Of a stretch of 64,000 nucleotides of DNA, positions 1-13,150 are shown one piece after another (the stretch's first letter is position 1; every line of letters starts with the position of its first letter). This DNA comes from Phoronis australis (lineage: Eukaryota; Animalia; Phoronida), in assembly GCA_002633005.1 (NCBI GenBank), contig NMRA01000303.1, positions 186,706-250,705 on the forward strand. The letters run 5' to 3'. Under the pieces are notes generated by a model that saw only the letters and a list, made by a program, of their open reading frames with translations, had not been told where the DNA came from and did no database searches. A program made the position numbers and the translations under genes.

Positions 1-164
1 TAGAGCCTTGAGTCACACTGCTAGAGCCTTGAGTCACACTGCTAGAGCCTTGAGTCACACTGCTAGAGCCTTGAGTCACACTGCTAGAGCCTTGAGGCAC
101 ACTGCTAGAGCCTTGAGGCACACTGCTAGAGCCTTGAGTCACACTGCTAGAGCCTTGAGTCACA
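1..164. repeat. 21-bp tandem minisatellite (TAGAGCCTTGAGTCACACTGC), about 8 copies, in an ATIC intron
   Basis: Direct repeats seen in the sequence; they produce the artefactual (SHTARAL)n ORF. Confidence 0.95.
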
Positions 165-253
165 GCTCTACCTCCTCGGCTCGATTTCAACTATACACTA
201 ATGAAGCATAAAAATGGTTCCAGGTGATCAATGCAGTGGGCTCACCTGAGCGG

Positions 254-361
254 CCTGCATACGTCAGGTACATTGTGTACCAGACTGCCTACATACGTCA
301 GGTACATTGTGTACCAGACTGCCTGCATACGTCAGGTACATTGTGTACCAGACTGCCTGCA
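254..361. repeat. 34-bp tandem repeat, about 3 copies
   Basis: CCTGCATACGTCAGGTACATTGTGTACCAGACTG repeated directly. Confidence 0.9.
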
Positions 362-524
362 ATACGGATTTTATTGATGCAATATGCGGTGTCCCAGGCG
401 TGTTCAGGCCACAAGGCTGGGCCCATTGCATTGACCATCTGATTGTGATGCAAGACACACCACAGCATGAAGTTAAGTCTTCTAATCTGCCAGTTTCTAT
501 CAAACATACACTAGTCGAGCTTAC

Positions 525-3500
525 CGTTCACTGGTAGCTGAGACTGCATCGTGTACAGCTGTGCTGGCTTCTGGTGCGGATTCATGCCATAGCGGAGAGG
601 CAGCTGGGACACCCCCTGGCAGTACTGGCCGCGAAAGTAGTCCGAGATGGTGGAGTCATACTCTGCTGTGTGGTTAAACGCCTTAACAGCGAGAATCTTT
701 CGCAGCTCGGGTGTCGTGTTCTTCTTCTCAGATGACTCGATCTGCTTGATGATCCTGAAAAAGAGCAGACGTGTTGACACACTAATGCATCTTAGTACTT
801 ATCTGTTCGTTGCCATTCTCATAGGTGCCTATAGACCAACTTCACCTATTTCAAATCAAAGTTCACGTCCAGCAAATTTCCCGCATTTTATTCAGATTTG
901 CTGAAATAAAAACTACTAAAATAACAAACAATTCCTCTTCTAATTGAAAATATCAATTTCATCAAAGTTTACTTGACCAAGTCAATGGAACCTTCAACAT
1001 TATCCTGGAAGTGTGAATAGCAGTTGTTTCACCCTTTTACTGGTAACAGTTACTTTGTGCACAAACAAACACATACCATATTCACCGTAATAACAACCCA
1101 TGCTCCTATAAGCGCCCCCCCACGCGTTTTCAGACTTTGCTAAAATAAGCGCCCAGTCCATGAACGTGTATGTGTGAAAAATGCCTTACCAACAGTGATA
1201 AAATTTGACAATAACGTCTTCAATTTATCAATAATATCCGACAGTCCTGAAAAAAATCATTGTGCGCAGAATTTGTAGACCACGAGCCTTGCCGCTATGT
1301 CGGTATTTAGCCCGTGACTTCAAACTTCCGCCATGACTCAAAACAAACACAAGCTTCAGCTGATATTGCGAGGACCAATGGTCTGGCCTTTCAGAACAGA
1401 AGTAGTGTACTTGTCTACAGGATTGCTTTGTAGATATTTCCGCTTTCAACAGGAATCCAAATGTCTTTGTAGGCCTACACGTGAAAACCGCGAATCGAAG
1501 GCTAATAAAAAGATTGGCTAGTGTTAAAAGCATGTGGCCAGAAAGTGTGCGCTACATAGAACCTGTCATCAAAGACAATACTCGGGAACTATCCATTCAT
1601 GAAACGTGTAGCATAGCATCGGCAAGAAATGAATATTGGCAATAATTTTCGACAGTTTCTTAGATATAAAAAATGTTTGCGTTATGTTTAAGATGAATTG
1701 TTTGATTAACCATAATTGGTGTTTTTAAGCCAAATATCCGATAAAATGACCACTGACAGAATGCTTACACACCCTTACACCGAAAAATAACTGTCAGATA
1801 GTCATGTACGCCACATCCAGCCACACGGTGACTAATATGGCTTTACAGAGACAAATGGAGAATGTTTTTAGCACATGAGACCGGCAAGTGCTGAATGAAA
1901 CACGTTCTGGTTTAGGCCTACTGCTTGTGCAAATTTCTTTAGACACAATGCACATCTAGCTCGTTAGATTGCGTGGCTCTGGCCAAAAGACGGTATCTGG
2001 TCTGGTAAATGAACTCTGGTGACACGCACGCACTCGCTTACTCACAAACGCAGACAACTTCAAAACAAACGTCACGTGACAACAGCATGTGTGTTCGTCC
2101 AGACATTTTTCTCATGTTGCCAATCATACATGTAGATGGCACGATGTAATAGCACATATGACTTAAACCTGCCGTGATCTCGACTCCACGGGAACTTAAA
2201 AATCTTGGGGACGCTACAAGGAAAACTTAAGGAGGATTTCAGGTAATTTCTTGAGTCGAAACTGTATTTTTATTCAAGCATTCAAGTCGCCATATCGACG
2301 ATTGCGAAGCAGGCAGTCGGCGAGATTTCGCCCTGGGATTTCAGCACAATTTTCTGTAAAATGATCATAATTTAGCAGCAAAGTTTGATAGCAATGCACC
2401 GCGGTTTTGTAGAAAGTCTTTCATAGATTACAGATACGTCACAGAGCGTAAATATGATGAATCTTAGCTTCCACTTTTCCACGAAATATTCTGTCTACTC
2501 CACGCTCCACGCATTTTTGACCGCAAAATCGCACTATTTGTCGCCACGATTTTATACCAAATGCAGACGCCATTGATGAACCACGCTAGCCCAGACACAG
2601 GCGCTTGAATTTATCTGTTCCTCGATTGCCTCTGACGTCACTCACTACTAAGAAAGCAAGTTTCTTGTATATGGTTACGAGTCATCACGAAATTTGAGCG
2701 CCTGTGATCCACAATTACAATTTTTGTTCCTCCGAAACATAAAGAGCAGTTTCCGCTTTTCGAGCCGTCGGCAAAGCCCTGAGAAACCTATTTGCCGCGA
2801 TAATTTTATGGCAAATCCGATTTTTTCTGCGGAAGCATAACGAAAATACGCGGAGGGAATAAAAGAAAAAAGCGGAAATCCGCGTTTCCGCGGAAAATTC
2901 CAAGCCTTGACAAATACAAGTCGTATCACAAAACTACATATCCACAGGCATATCTAATAAGACAAAAAGAAATCGGGAGTAATTCAAGGCAGCTTACGTT
3001 TCATAGTCACTTGGATCGCAAACAACAGTCACTCGGGAATGGTTTTTAGCAGCAGCCCTCAGTAACGTCACGCCACCTGCAGGGTGAAATCCACATTAGA
3101 CAATGGCTTCATTATGACAAGTGAACGAGCACAACCATGCTTAATCTGATTCATCAACTGTTGATCAATTCAACCAGTCAAATTTAATAATTACAGAATA
3201 AGCATCTTCAATTTTGTCCTCGTTACTATAGCTACCACCTGGAGTCATAATATTCTCAATTTTGGCCATCCTTCACCCACCAATGTCAATAAACTCAATT
3301 TCTGTCCACAATGTCTTGCCTCCAAATGTCAATGTTCTTCAATTTGGTTTTCATTGTTTCACCCACAAAAGTCAACATTCTCAATTTCATTATGATAGCT
3401 CCACCCACAATGTCATTGTTTCCCTTTCTATTGCTTCAATTATCAATATCAGCACCAATCACAATATATTCAGTAAGCCATCCTAGCGTCACACACCGAC

Positions 3501-6500
3501 GTCGATGTACTCAACTTTGCTTCACTGTTCCACCCACCAATGCCAACATTCTCAATTCTTGTAATACTTGCTGACATTTGGTATGAAAGTAATTGCTCCC
3601 CCCACAAACGTCAACATACTCAATGTCATTCACCTTTGCTCCACCCCCAAATGTCAGTATTCACATTTTTTCTGGCAATGCACAACACAATAATGTCCAC
3701 ATCCTCATTGATCAAACCATGAATGTCAACTTTATTCCACCCACATCAAACTAATTTTATTCATTGCTCCAACCAACCATGTAAAAAGTCTCAACTTTTC
3801 AATCTTTACCCATCCTAAAACGTGAATATTCTCCAATTTTTTCAGCACTGCTCACCCACCAATGTGAATAATTTCGCTTTTGCTGTCATTACTCTGCACA
3901 CACCAATATCATTATTATACTCTCACTGCTCTACCCATTTATCAATGTCGACACATTCAGTATTGTCACTATAGCTCCACCCATCCACAAATACCAGTTT
4001 TCTGAATTTGCATCATCATTGCTCCACCCACCAATTTCAACATTCTTAATTTGACATTATTACTCTACCCACCAATGCAAACAGAATAAACTGCTGTTTC
4101 CATTGTCACTCATCAAACATTCTGCTTACTACTAAAACACCAAAGCCAACATTCTCAGTAAATTTCACCCACCAGCATCAACATTCTCAACACACTCCAC
4201 CCACCAATCTCAATATTCTCCATATATGTCCTTATTTGCCTACTCACCAATGTCAATATTCTCCACTGCATCCTCCACTGTCACGTCATCTCTGGAGACA
4301 GTCTTCACAAATGGATAAAGGTTACATACAACCACTCTGTAACAGCAATATCTTGTACATTAAAAGATCTGACAGGTCTTCTATAACAAGGCCTCGTTTT
4401 ATAGCAGGTCATAAATCTGACCATCACAAAGAATGCGTTCTGACTAAGGTGTGTGCAACATTTCAGTAAAAACGGCATGGTTGCAACATTAACATAATTC
4501 TGCAGATGGCTTTCATAACTTCAACTGACAAGAGATTGTATTAATTAGCCTTAAAGGAATACATTTATCACTTTTAGCACCTTTTTACATTCACAATTGG
4601 TGAACACGTCTTTGAAGGTGACATCATTTTGCTATCATCCAGACTCGAGCGCAAAAAGTTTTTTTAGTTTGCAACCATTAGGATTTCTTGTTGTGTTACT
4701 GGTTGCAAGCTTTATAAAGAATTACATTGCACTGGGACGGTGTTTCGCACATACCCAAAAGGCTCCAAGAATTATTTCCAAATATCCAGAATGGAAATTT
4801 GTCTGTTTACTCAACTTATGAATCCGTCAAAAACCTTAGCGCCAAGCCTTTTACTGAGTCGGACTAGACTCAAAACGTAAACAAGAGAATTGATGTGAGC
4901 ACAAAACGAGATATTGTATGTGACTTAATTCACAGTAAAACCGCAAATATTAGTTTACAAAAGAACAAAATTTCGAAGAAACATCATAATTTAATCACAT
5001 CAACAAAATAGCTCAATAATCCTCAACAAAGCAGGTCAAAGTCAATGACCCCCTAATTCTTTTTATTTCATGGAGAGACCAAGAACTTTCACACTGAATC
5101 AAATCAGCCATTTCTGAGACATCATGTTCCCAATTTAGATAAATTTGTACATTTTCTAAAGACCCTGCATCAACTTAAAACAAAAAAAACATCGTGCAAC
5201 AAAATTAAAATGTTTTCAAAAGGAACACGAATCATAAACTTACTTACCGTATTCGCCCTAATAACCACCCATACCCCTATAAGCACCCCCCCACGCGTTT
5301 TCAGACTTTGTTAAAATAAGCGCCCACCCCAAGAACGTGTACGTGTCAAAAAATGCCTTACCTACAGTCCTAAAATTCTAAAGTAACGTCTTTAATTTAT
5401 CAATAATATCCGACAGCCCAGAAAAAAATCATTGAACGTGGAATTTGTAGACCACGAGCCTGGCCGCTATGTCGGTATTTAGCCGTGACTATACACTTCA
5501 AACTTCCGCCTCAAAACGAACAGTCTTGTTAGGAATGTGTCACACTGGTCCTTCAGCACAGACGTAGTGTCACACTATAGTCTAGCCCTTCAGCACAGAC
5601 GTAGTGTCACACTATGGTCTGGCCCTTCAGCACAGACGTAGTGTCACACTATGGTCTAGCCCTTCAGCACAGACGTAGTGTCACACTATGGTCTAGCCCT
5701 TCAGCACAGACGTAGTGTCACACTATGGTCTAGCCCTTCAGCACAGACGTAGTGTCACACTATGGTCTAGCCCTTCAGCACAGACGTAGTGTCATACTAT
5801 GGTCCAGCCCTTCAGCACAGACGTAGTGTCACACTATGGTCTGGCCCTTCAGCACAGACGTAGTGTCACACTATGGTCTGGCCCTTCAGCACAGACGTAG
5901 TGTACTTGTCAATCAACGAGATTGTACTATAGATATTTATCACCCTCAAACAGGAATCGAAATTTCTTTGTACACGTGAAAACCGCGAACTGAAGACTGC
6001 AGATAAAAAACTTGGCCAATGACTAAAAGCACGTGGCCAGAATGCGCCCACTACATACTTGTGATCAAAGACATGAGTCGGGAACTATCTATTCATGAAA
6101 CGGGTAGCATAGCATCGCCAAGAAAGGAATACTGGCACTAGTTTCCGACAGTTTCTAATGCCATCAAAAAGTTTGAGTTATTTTTAAGAGGGATTGTTTG
6201 ATTAATCATAATTGGTGTTTTTAAGCCAAATATCTGATAAAATGATCACTGACAGTGAATGCTTACACACCCTTACACCGAAAAATAACTGTCAGATAGT
6301 CACGAACGCATCCAGCCACACGGTGACTAATGGCCTTACCGAGACAAATGTCGAACGTTTTAAGTGCATGAGACCGGCAAGTGCTGAATGAAACACGTTT
6401 TGCTTCATGCCTATGGCTTTTGCTAATTTCTTTAGATACAATGCACATCTAGCTCGTTGGTTTGCGTTTACTCTGGCAAATGTTCTCTGGTGACACGCAC

Positions 6501-8362
6501 GTGCTTGCTCACTCACACACGCAGACGAACTTCAAAACAAACATCATGTGACAACAACATGTGTGTTCGTCCAGAGATTTTTCTCATGTTGCCCGATCAT
6601 TGATGGCAGGATGTAGCACAGATTTGTACTTAACCTGCCCTTAATCACGACTCCACAGGAACTTAAAAATCTTAGGGACGCTATTTGGAAAAACTAAAGG
6701 AGGATTTCAGGTAATTTGCTCAAGTTGAAACTGTATTTTTATTCAAGCATTCAAGCTGCCACATCGACGATTGTGAGGCAGTCTGTCAGCGAGTTTCGCC
6801 TTGGGATTTCAGCACAATTTTTTGTAAAATGATCATAATTCAACAGCAAAGTTTGATAGCAATGCACCACATTTTTATAGAAAGTCTGTCATAGGTTACG
6901 GATACATCACAGAGCATAAATATGATGAATCTTAGCTAGCTTCTGATTTCACCCTTTTCGGAGTGTGGTTTTCAACCGCCTTGGGTTACAATAAGCGCCT
7001 CCCCCCGAAACAAATTTTTCTAAGCGCCCTGGGCAGTTATTAGGGCGAATACGGTAGATTGGTTTTCAGTAACCTAATATGTTAATTTTGAAACTTTGCC
7101 ACTGGTGCTTTTGTTCAGGCGACTGTTACAGAAAAACTAATTCGATGACCCTTACCTTATTCTGAATTTTTTTCAGGGACTCACATACATCATACAATGC
7201 AAAAAACTAACAACCTGACCCTGTAGACAAGCATGTTTCAATCAAAGATCTTAAAACAGCTATCCAGGGAACATAACTTTCACCTTTATCCAAACAATTT
7301 GGAACAGAATTGAATTGATGCCGTGTTGTTACCATTCACGACGGTCAACATGAACGCTGACTTGTATCTGACTTTTGCACAGCGCCCTCGTGTGAGCAAA
7401 ACTGATGGAGGTACCTAATATTAGCTTTGTTCGCTTACACTACAAGTATTTACAGTGAAATAAAAGCCCTCCTCCCAGTGCCTGCATGAAGACAGGCCCC
7501 ACTGCTTGATCACGTGACGAATGTTGTAAGCAGCCAAGTGGTTATCTACTGAAGGTGGGGGGTGGGAGGAGGGCTTTCTGTACATGAGGGGTCCTTTTTA
7601 AATATACAACCCACTTTGCTCAATATCTGGTTCATAAGTTCACGACATGAATAATGGAGATTTACGATTTTTTTCAACTGTTGTCGTGTCGGAGTTACTA
7701 CGGTGTCTGCATATTAACAGAGTCGGTAATTTCTAGACCAAATAATAAGGCCAGACACTGTGAACAGGCTGATGTCTGACGTTTGACAATACAGAGCAAC
7801 ATTCATATTGTCTTATCCCTCACCGAATGAAGTTGAACCCCAGTTTTGTCATGTCTTGTATATCAGCTTCTGTGTTTCTGGCCAGAATGCCCCCGTGTAC
7901 AGCTGGGTGGAGGGTCTTGACCCGGCCCCCCAACATCTCCGGGGCACCGGTCACATCGCTCACGTCACTGGAAAGGAAATTCAAATTCAGGTCATTTGCG
8001 CTTCTAACCTTATTGAACATAATTTTAAAAATTCTTTCTCAAGGGATTTTACCTTTTTTGAAACAAAGTGTTTTGTGTTTTGTAATGAATTTCGTGAGAA
8101 TCATCGCTTCATAATTTTTGGGTTTATCGGATACTTTTCACCAATGAAAGTATCACAAACCTACTACATTTTTTTGAGAGATCCCCCTTAAATCTGCAGT
8201 CCATTTTCAAGAAGAAATTATAATGAAACTCATACCTGACAGGTATCCCAGCATCCCGGATGGCCTTCGCAGTCCCTCCAGAAGCTATCAAGCCCAACCC
8301 AGCTTCACAGAGTTTTCTGGCAAAAGGCACAAGGCCCTGTTTATTGGAAACACTAAGCAAAG
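525..8362 (-). CDS. ATIC: Bifunctional purine biosynthesis protein ATIC/PurH (IMP cyclohydrolase plus AICAR transformylase), partial: N-terminal exons, continuing beyond the left edge
   Basis: Exons 8362-8236 ([39 protein letters not shown]), 7967-7824 ([30 protein letters not shown]), 4336-4248 ([14 protein letters not shown]...VENIDIG), 3076-2998 ([24 protein letters not shown]) and 754-525 ([18 protein letters not shown]...[17 protein letters not shown]). All are GT-AG with compatible phases and carry signature PurH motifs. The start-codon exon is uncertain (see findings). Confidence 0.97.
1076..2480. mobile_element. Degenerate, 3'-truncated copy of a non-autonomous Tc2/pogo-like (Tc1/mariner) DNA transposon
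   Basis: Colinear and highly similar to 5247-6940; begins TA|CCATATTCACCGTAATAAC; the right TIR was not found. Confidence 0.8.
3250..4265. repeat. Degenerate tandem array (about 45-bp period, roughly 20 copies) derived from the ATIC exon end and donor site
   Basis: Recurring CTCCACCCACCAATGTCAACATTCTCAAT matches the true junction TACTCAC|CAATGTCAATATTCTCCA at 4241-4265. Confidence 0.8.
5247..7054. mobile_element. Complete non-autonomous Tc2/pogo-like (Tc1/mariner) DNA transposon, 1.8 kb
   Basis: TIRs CCGTATTCGCCCTAATAAC ... GTTATTAGGGCGAATACGG with a TA target duplication (5245-5246, 7055-7056); no transposase ORF. Confidence 0.88.
5537..5903. repeat. 37-bp minisatellite (about 10 copies) inside the transposon
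   Basis: GTGTCACACTATGGTCTAGCCCTTCAGCACAGACGTA repeated in tandem. Confidence 0.95.
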
Positions 8363-10127
8363 CTGAAATTTAAGCAGAAATACCACATACGTTTTTGCTT
8401 TAACAAACGTTAACACTACAATCAACACGACACTTACAGGCCACTAATCAAACTGTAGTGCTAGTGACCAGTGAACGACATAGTACCAGACAAATCCAAA
8501 GTTTTTTGTCTTGATAAAATTTTTTCTTTCTGATTATGCATGTTTAAAAAATTAACCAAAAATCAGTCAGGCTCTCCAACAACATTGATCACTGAAGCTA
8601 CATCAGGATCATACAATGTAAACAGTCAAATACGCCTGTATGAGCTAGAAAGAGGAGACCTGCGGAATTGCTAGCATAGTGAGTCAGTACTTAGGAAACA
8701 TTTTAGATTACACCACCCCTCACACTTAACTCAAACACGTGCTTATCATTAGATTTATTTTCAGTTTTGGACCAGTAACAATGCCGAAAGAGAAAAACCA
8801 ACTCAAGTTACACCTCCATTGACCTTGACCTCTTTCATATGAACTCCGGCAGGACACAAGCAAGGGTAGTAAATGTCACTGGACAATGTAAAGACCAGAA
8901 TTCTTATGGATATCAATCAGCTGCTATACAGCTTTCAAAACTGGCACAACGATAAACCAAGATCATTTGATGACCGTGAGATAACTTAAGTTAACTTATT
9001 CCATCAAAGTTTTTCAAGTATATAGTAAATTATCTCTACGGCGAATCAGAATTGACGTGATCTGAAAGAGGCAGGGCACAATGATCTGTTGCTGTGTCTA
9101 TACAGACTTGGCAGTCAGCTACCGTCTCAACTGGCTGGAGAGATGGTGAAACTCATACAGGAGCTTCATACGCTTTTTGGCCAACTATGCCTTAGTTCCC
9201 AAAATCAGTAACTTGTCATTTTTGCACTGCACACGCCAGGGGATGTCACACCACCTGCCATGTTAAAAATGGCAAGTTTTACCGATTATGGTAACTGAAC
9301 GAGGGACAGCTCAAAGAAAAAATTTGATAACGGGAGTATTTCGTAGAGTTGGAGGGAATTAAAGGATTGTTCTAAAACCCCCTTGACCCCACACCCCTTG
9401 ACCCACGACCCCCCTTGACCCATGACCTCTCGACCTACCTCCGAAGCACTGAAAACACGTCGATAATCCTTTCATCCAATAGCAGGAAAGAATGCCGATG
9501 ACGAACAGGAATTATGAACTATTTTTAGTTTAGTGGTCCAGCGCACGACAACAGCTGGCTGGGAAAGACGTGCTGTGCGGAGTCATAGAGTACACTATGT
9601 GTTCGTCCGCTGTAACAATGTCTCGCGCAACAAAACTCAAAATTCAAATTTATAACATCAAGACATGGGCTGTGCAGCACTGAAATAATTATTAGCCCCC
9701 AGCCTACTATGGTGAGCCGCCCATTCAAGATTATTTTTCATAAGGGGTAAAATACATTAAACGTCTTGAACGACAGTCCCATACCCGACACTGAACAATT
9801 ACAATAAAGAGACAAAATCGGCGACAATGAAGCATAATGAAATGCCCACCACTCAACTGATTATTACACTGATTTATCTCAGACAAACACTTTAACAGTC
9901 CTCGATTTTCTTACGTGAATATGCTTTTCTTTTGCGAAGCAATGATCGTCAACCTCTCTGTTCAACCACGTGACGACAGTTAGGTCTTCAAGGAAAGTTA
10001 CTCAGCGATGTAATAAGATTATGAAAAATGTAAAAAGCATAAAAATACCTCTATTGCCACAGGTGGTGGGTCGCGGGGGTTTCAGAACAATCCGGAATTA
10101 AATACATCGGCGGCCTCCTAAGGTGTG

Positions 10128-10377
10128 CATGCGCGCATCCGGGGGGATCAGGGGGCTCGATTTTGAGCCTCCCCCATTTGGCCGAAAGGTCTGCCTCAGA
10201 GAAACAAAAAATCCGAGAAAACAAGACAACAAGACAAAAAGTCCACTAAAGAGGTGCAGACGCACAGTGAAGTTGGTACCGTTTTTTTTTTTAATCCTTC
10301 CGCTTCCTAATTGTCAGCAAAAGGGTCAACATTGCCAGAAATTCGAGCCCCCATATTAAAGGCTGGGTGCGCGCATG
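10128..10377. mobile_element. hAT-like MITE (250 bp)
   Basis: TIRs CATGCGCGCA(T/C)CC ... GGGTGCGCGCATG; near-perfect 8-bp flanking duplication AAGGTGTG/CAGGTGTG; related copies at about 16426-16660 and 21817-22037. Confidence 0.75.
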
Positions 10378-10438
10378 CAGGTGTGAGGCATAATTCGCTG
10401 AAAAGCTTCCAGCGTAAGAAGCCCCAATGAGCTCTCAC

Positions 10439-10690
10439 CGTCTCTACTGGGCCATTTTTTTAAAGAGGTCGATTCACAGCTATTTAGTTGTAGTTAATAT
10501 GTATACACATGTGTTAACTGTCAATAAAGATTGCTTATGAACCACATTTCTTTTTATTTCATATCCCATATTCTTCTATTATTCGTGTAAAACACGCTCC
10601 CAATTCCCCACAAAATTTCGAGAACAGAAAATTTTCAACTTCGGCTATCTTCGGAATCACGTCACGTCAGGAAGCGGACCCGATCACTGC
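10439..10690 (-). promoter_or_regulatory. Candidate ATIC first exon and promoter region
   Basis: On the - strand: AAAAAAATGGCC start context and a CG|GTGAGA donor at 10439/10438. CACGTCACGTCA and GGAAG (ETS-like) motifs lie near 10659-10675. Confidence 0.4.
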
Positions 10691-10860
10691 CGAGTCTGTT
10701 CATAGGTTTGTACTGGGACTATCTGGCACAAATGGAAGCTTTCTGTTTGTTATAATGGGTTTATTATGCAACTTTTGCCAATTAATTCTCTGAAATGTGA
10801 CACATATGCACATGGTCTTGTGCGTTGCCATAAACCTTTCACAGTAGTTAGCAATGTGTC

Positions 10861-11090
10861 NNNNNNNNNNNNNNNNNNNNNNNNNNNNNNNNNNNNNNNN
10901 NNNNNNNNNNNNNNNNNNNNNNNNNNNNNNNNNNNNNNNNNNNNNNNNNNNNNNNNNNNNNNNNNNNNNNNNNNNNNNNNNNNNNNNNNNNNNNNNNNNN
11001 NNNNNNNNNNNNNNNNNNNNNNNNNNNNNNNNNNNNNNNNNNNNNNNNNNNNNNNNNNNNNNNNNNNNNNNNNNNNNNNNNNNNNNNNNN
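10861..11090. other. Assembly gap (N run); further gaps at 26506-26599, 35837-36357 and 39695-39806
   Basis: Runs of n. Confidence 1.
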
Positions 11091-11282
11091 TAACGTCGAC
11101 ACACACTGCGGTGAAGAACACATGCACTGAAGGTCCCCTTCATTCACTATAGCAACCAGCTGAAAAATCCACAAACTTCACCCAAAGCACAAGCTGAAAA
11201 TCCGCCCACTTCACCGGAGGCATATCCCCCTTCATCAGAGGGACTGATTAGTGTTTTTTCTGTCAGTGATTTTGTGGTTGTT

Positions 11283-12144
11283 GAGTTCCGAGATATACGT
11301 TTCAAGCAAGATGTTCCATCAAAACTGGTATTACGGTGTTAAGCAGATAGACCAGAGTCAAAAACATACTACCGCACATTCAAAACAGCTTACCAGCCCG
11401 AAAAACACAAACCCCACCTCTAAAACAGAAACCCTGGGGATCGGACAGGACACCCCGGACCAAAACACCACTCCTGTACTTGCTTTCCAACATTGTTTAT
11501 TGCAAGAAAATAGTGCCTTTTGACTTGCATCAATTTCACATTTTGATGAAACAAAAAATCTTCCTATTTTAAATAGTTGATGTGATATGTTGTTTTAAAC
11601 AACTTAGGACTGATCTGTAGCAAAAAAAAAAAAAGTGTTCATTCTTAAATCGCGGACGTGTGTACAGTGTACTACACAGGGTGAACAATGAAAAATGGCA
11701 TGTGCTTGAGTGGTGGATGCCACAATGGTCACAGAATTTTAAGGGATTATCTACCAAAAAAGCATGTTCAGAAATTCCGATTCCAAATTTAGTGATCATT
11801 GAGGAGTTGAAGTAACTCTTCTTGAGGACAAGAACAGAAAAGTTGGTGACCACAAATTGCACAAGTTTTAAGCAACAAGTCAACATAACGTAAGTTACGT
11901 TTTATTATTGCTAATCTTTAACAAATTCAGAAAACAAATGGAAAGTACTAGAAAATGCTCAGTTTGAGGCTATTGACATTGTCTTAGAAAATTTGAAAAA
12001 TTGTCAAGGTTCCCTATTTGATCACTGGGGTTCGCGTTTTAAAAGCCGGTTTGTTTTTCGGGCTGGTTAGCTGTTTTGACTCCGGGATATTTGTTTCACG
12101 CTAGGATTCCAATTTCGATGGAACAATTGTGTCCTAGGAGCTCA
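11283..12144. mobile_element. MITE-like element with long degenerate terminal inverted repeats
   Basis: CAAAACAGCTTACCAGCCCGAAAAAC (about 11381) is inverted relative to GTTTTTCGGGCTGGTTAGCTGTTTTG (about 12053); TGTTCCATCAAAACTGG pairs with CCAATTTCGATGGAACA. Confidence 0.6.
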
Positions 12145-12724
12145 AATGTTGCATAGACCATGATGGTTGAAAGAGATGGTATCATAGTCACTGTCATGAG
12201 AAAAACAGATAGTAACAAGACTGCGTTCAGTTTACCAGCACAAGACGACACCACATGGATTGACCGACCAAATAATCAAAAAACTGCCTGTTCTGCATAT
12301 CGATCATTGCTCAGAATAATTTACAAGGACAAGCAAGCGTCGCAGCCTAAACAAAATTTAATCCTAAGATTTTAGCTCAGTACGTCATGTCAGCATTTCA
12401 CGTCACTTCGTAATTATACCTGTATGAGTGTTTATGTTGGTCTTAGTTAGTTGTACCTGATTTACTCCTGTTACTAAACTCAACTTTTTCAAGGTGGTTT
12501 AAGGACTTACTTGGTATAGTTTTTGTATTTTTCTCTCAGTGACCACAATTTCATAATGAAGCTCAAAACACAGGTGCACACAAACAAGCAAAGTAAATTT
12601 TAAGACTCCATCTATCAAAAACACTAAAATAGTTTACCCACAACCCTTACATACACTTAATGGGATTTTATTAGCTTTGTTTTCATTAAAATTGCATTCT
12701 ACAACTCTGTATAGTGCAAGTGCC

Positions 12725-13150
12725 AAATAGTCACATCTGTAACAGTCACATCTGTAACGCACGTGGTTTTTTTAAATTGCTCATAATTATACAAAGACTT
12801 GATTTTAGTTCAAAAACCTTTTCTTCATGTTATAGCCAAATAAATAGTTAAATTATCTATAGGGAAACTAGTTCCATAATATGAAAGACAGAACAGAGTT
12901 TTTAGACAAACCACCATTAGCATATTAACCATGGCATTTTCGGTCACATCTGTAACACTAATTAAAAGTAAATTTTAGTACACTTATAATGTGCAGAATT
13001 AAAAACTTTTGATACCTGAAGTGCTTCCATCAAGTGTGTAATGTGTACTTAAAATTTCTTACTACTGTGATGTTTCACTAATTTTATATTGGAATTTAAA
13101 GTGTCTGAATGTCACATCTGTAACAAAACGAATACTGTGGAATACACCNT
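12725..13150. repeat. Probable DNA-transposon fragment with a repeated subterminal motif GTCACATCTGTAAC (4 copies)
   Basis: Identical 14-mer at about 12730, 12746, 12943 and 13111. Confidence 0.55.

Noticed and set aside
8-211. ORF with (SHTARAL)n repeats
   Set aside because: Translation of a 21-bp minisatellite in an ATIC intron.
5537-5903. CRISPR-like 37-bp repeats
   Set aside because: Head-to-tail units with no unique spacers, inside a eukaryotic DNA transposon; no cas genes.
10700-11174. Long ORFs here and at 26405-26701, 35784-36419 and 39575-39849
   Set aside because: Artefacts of N gaps.
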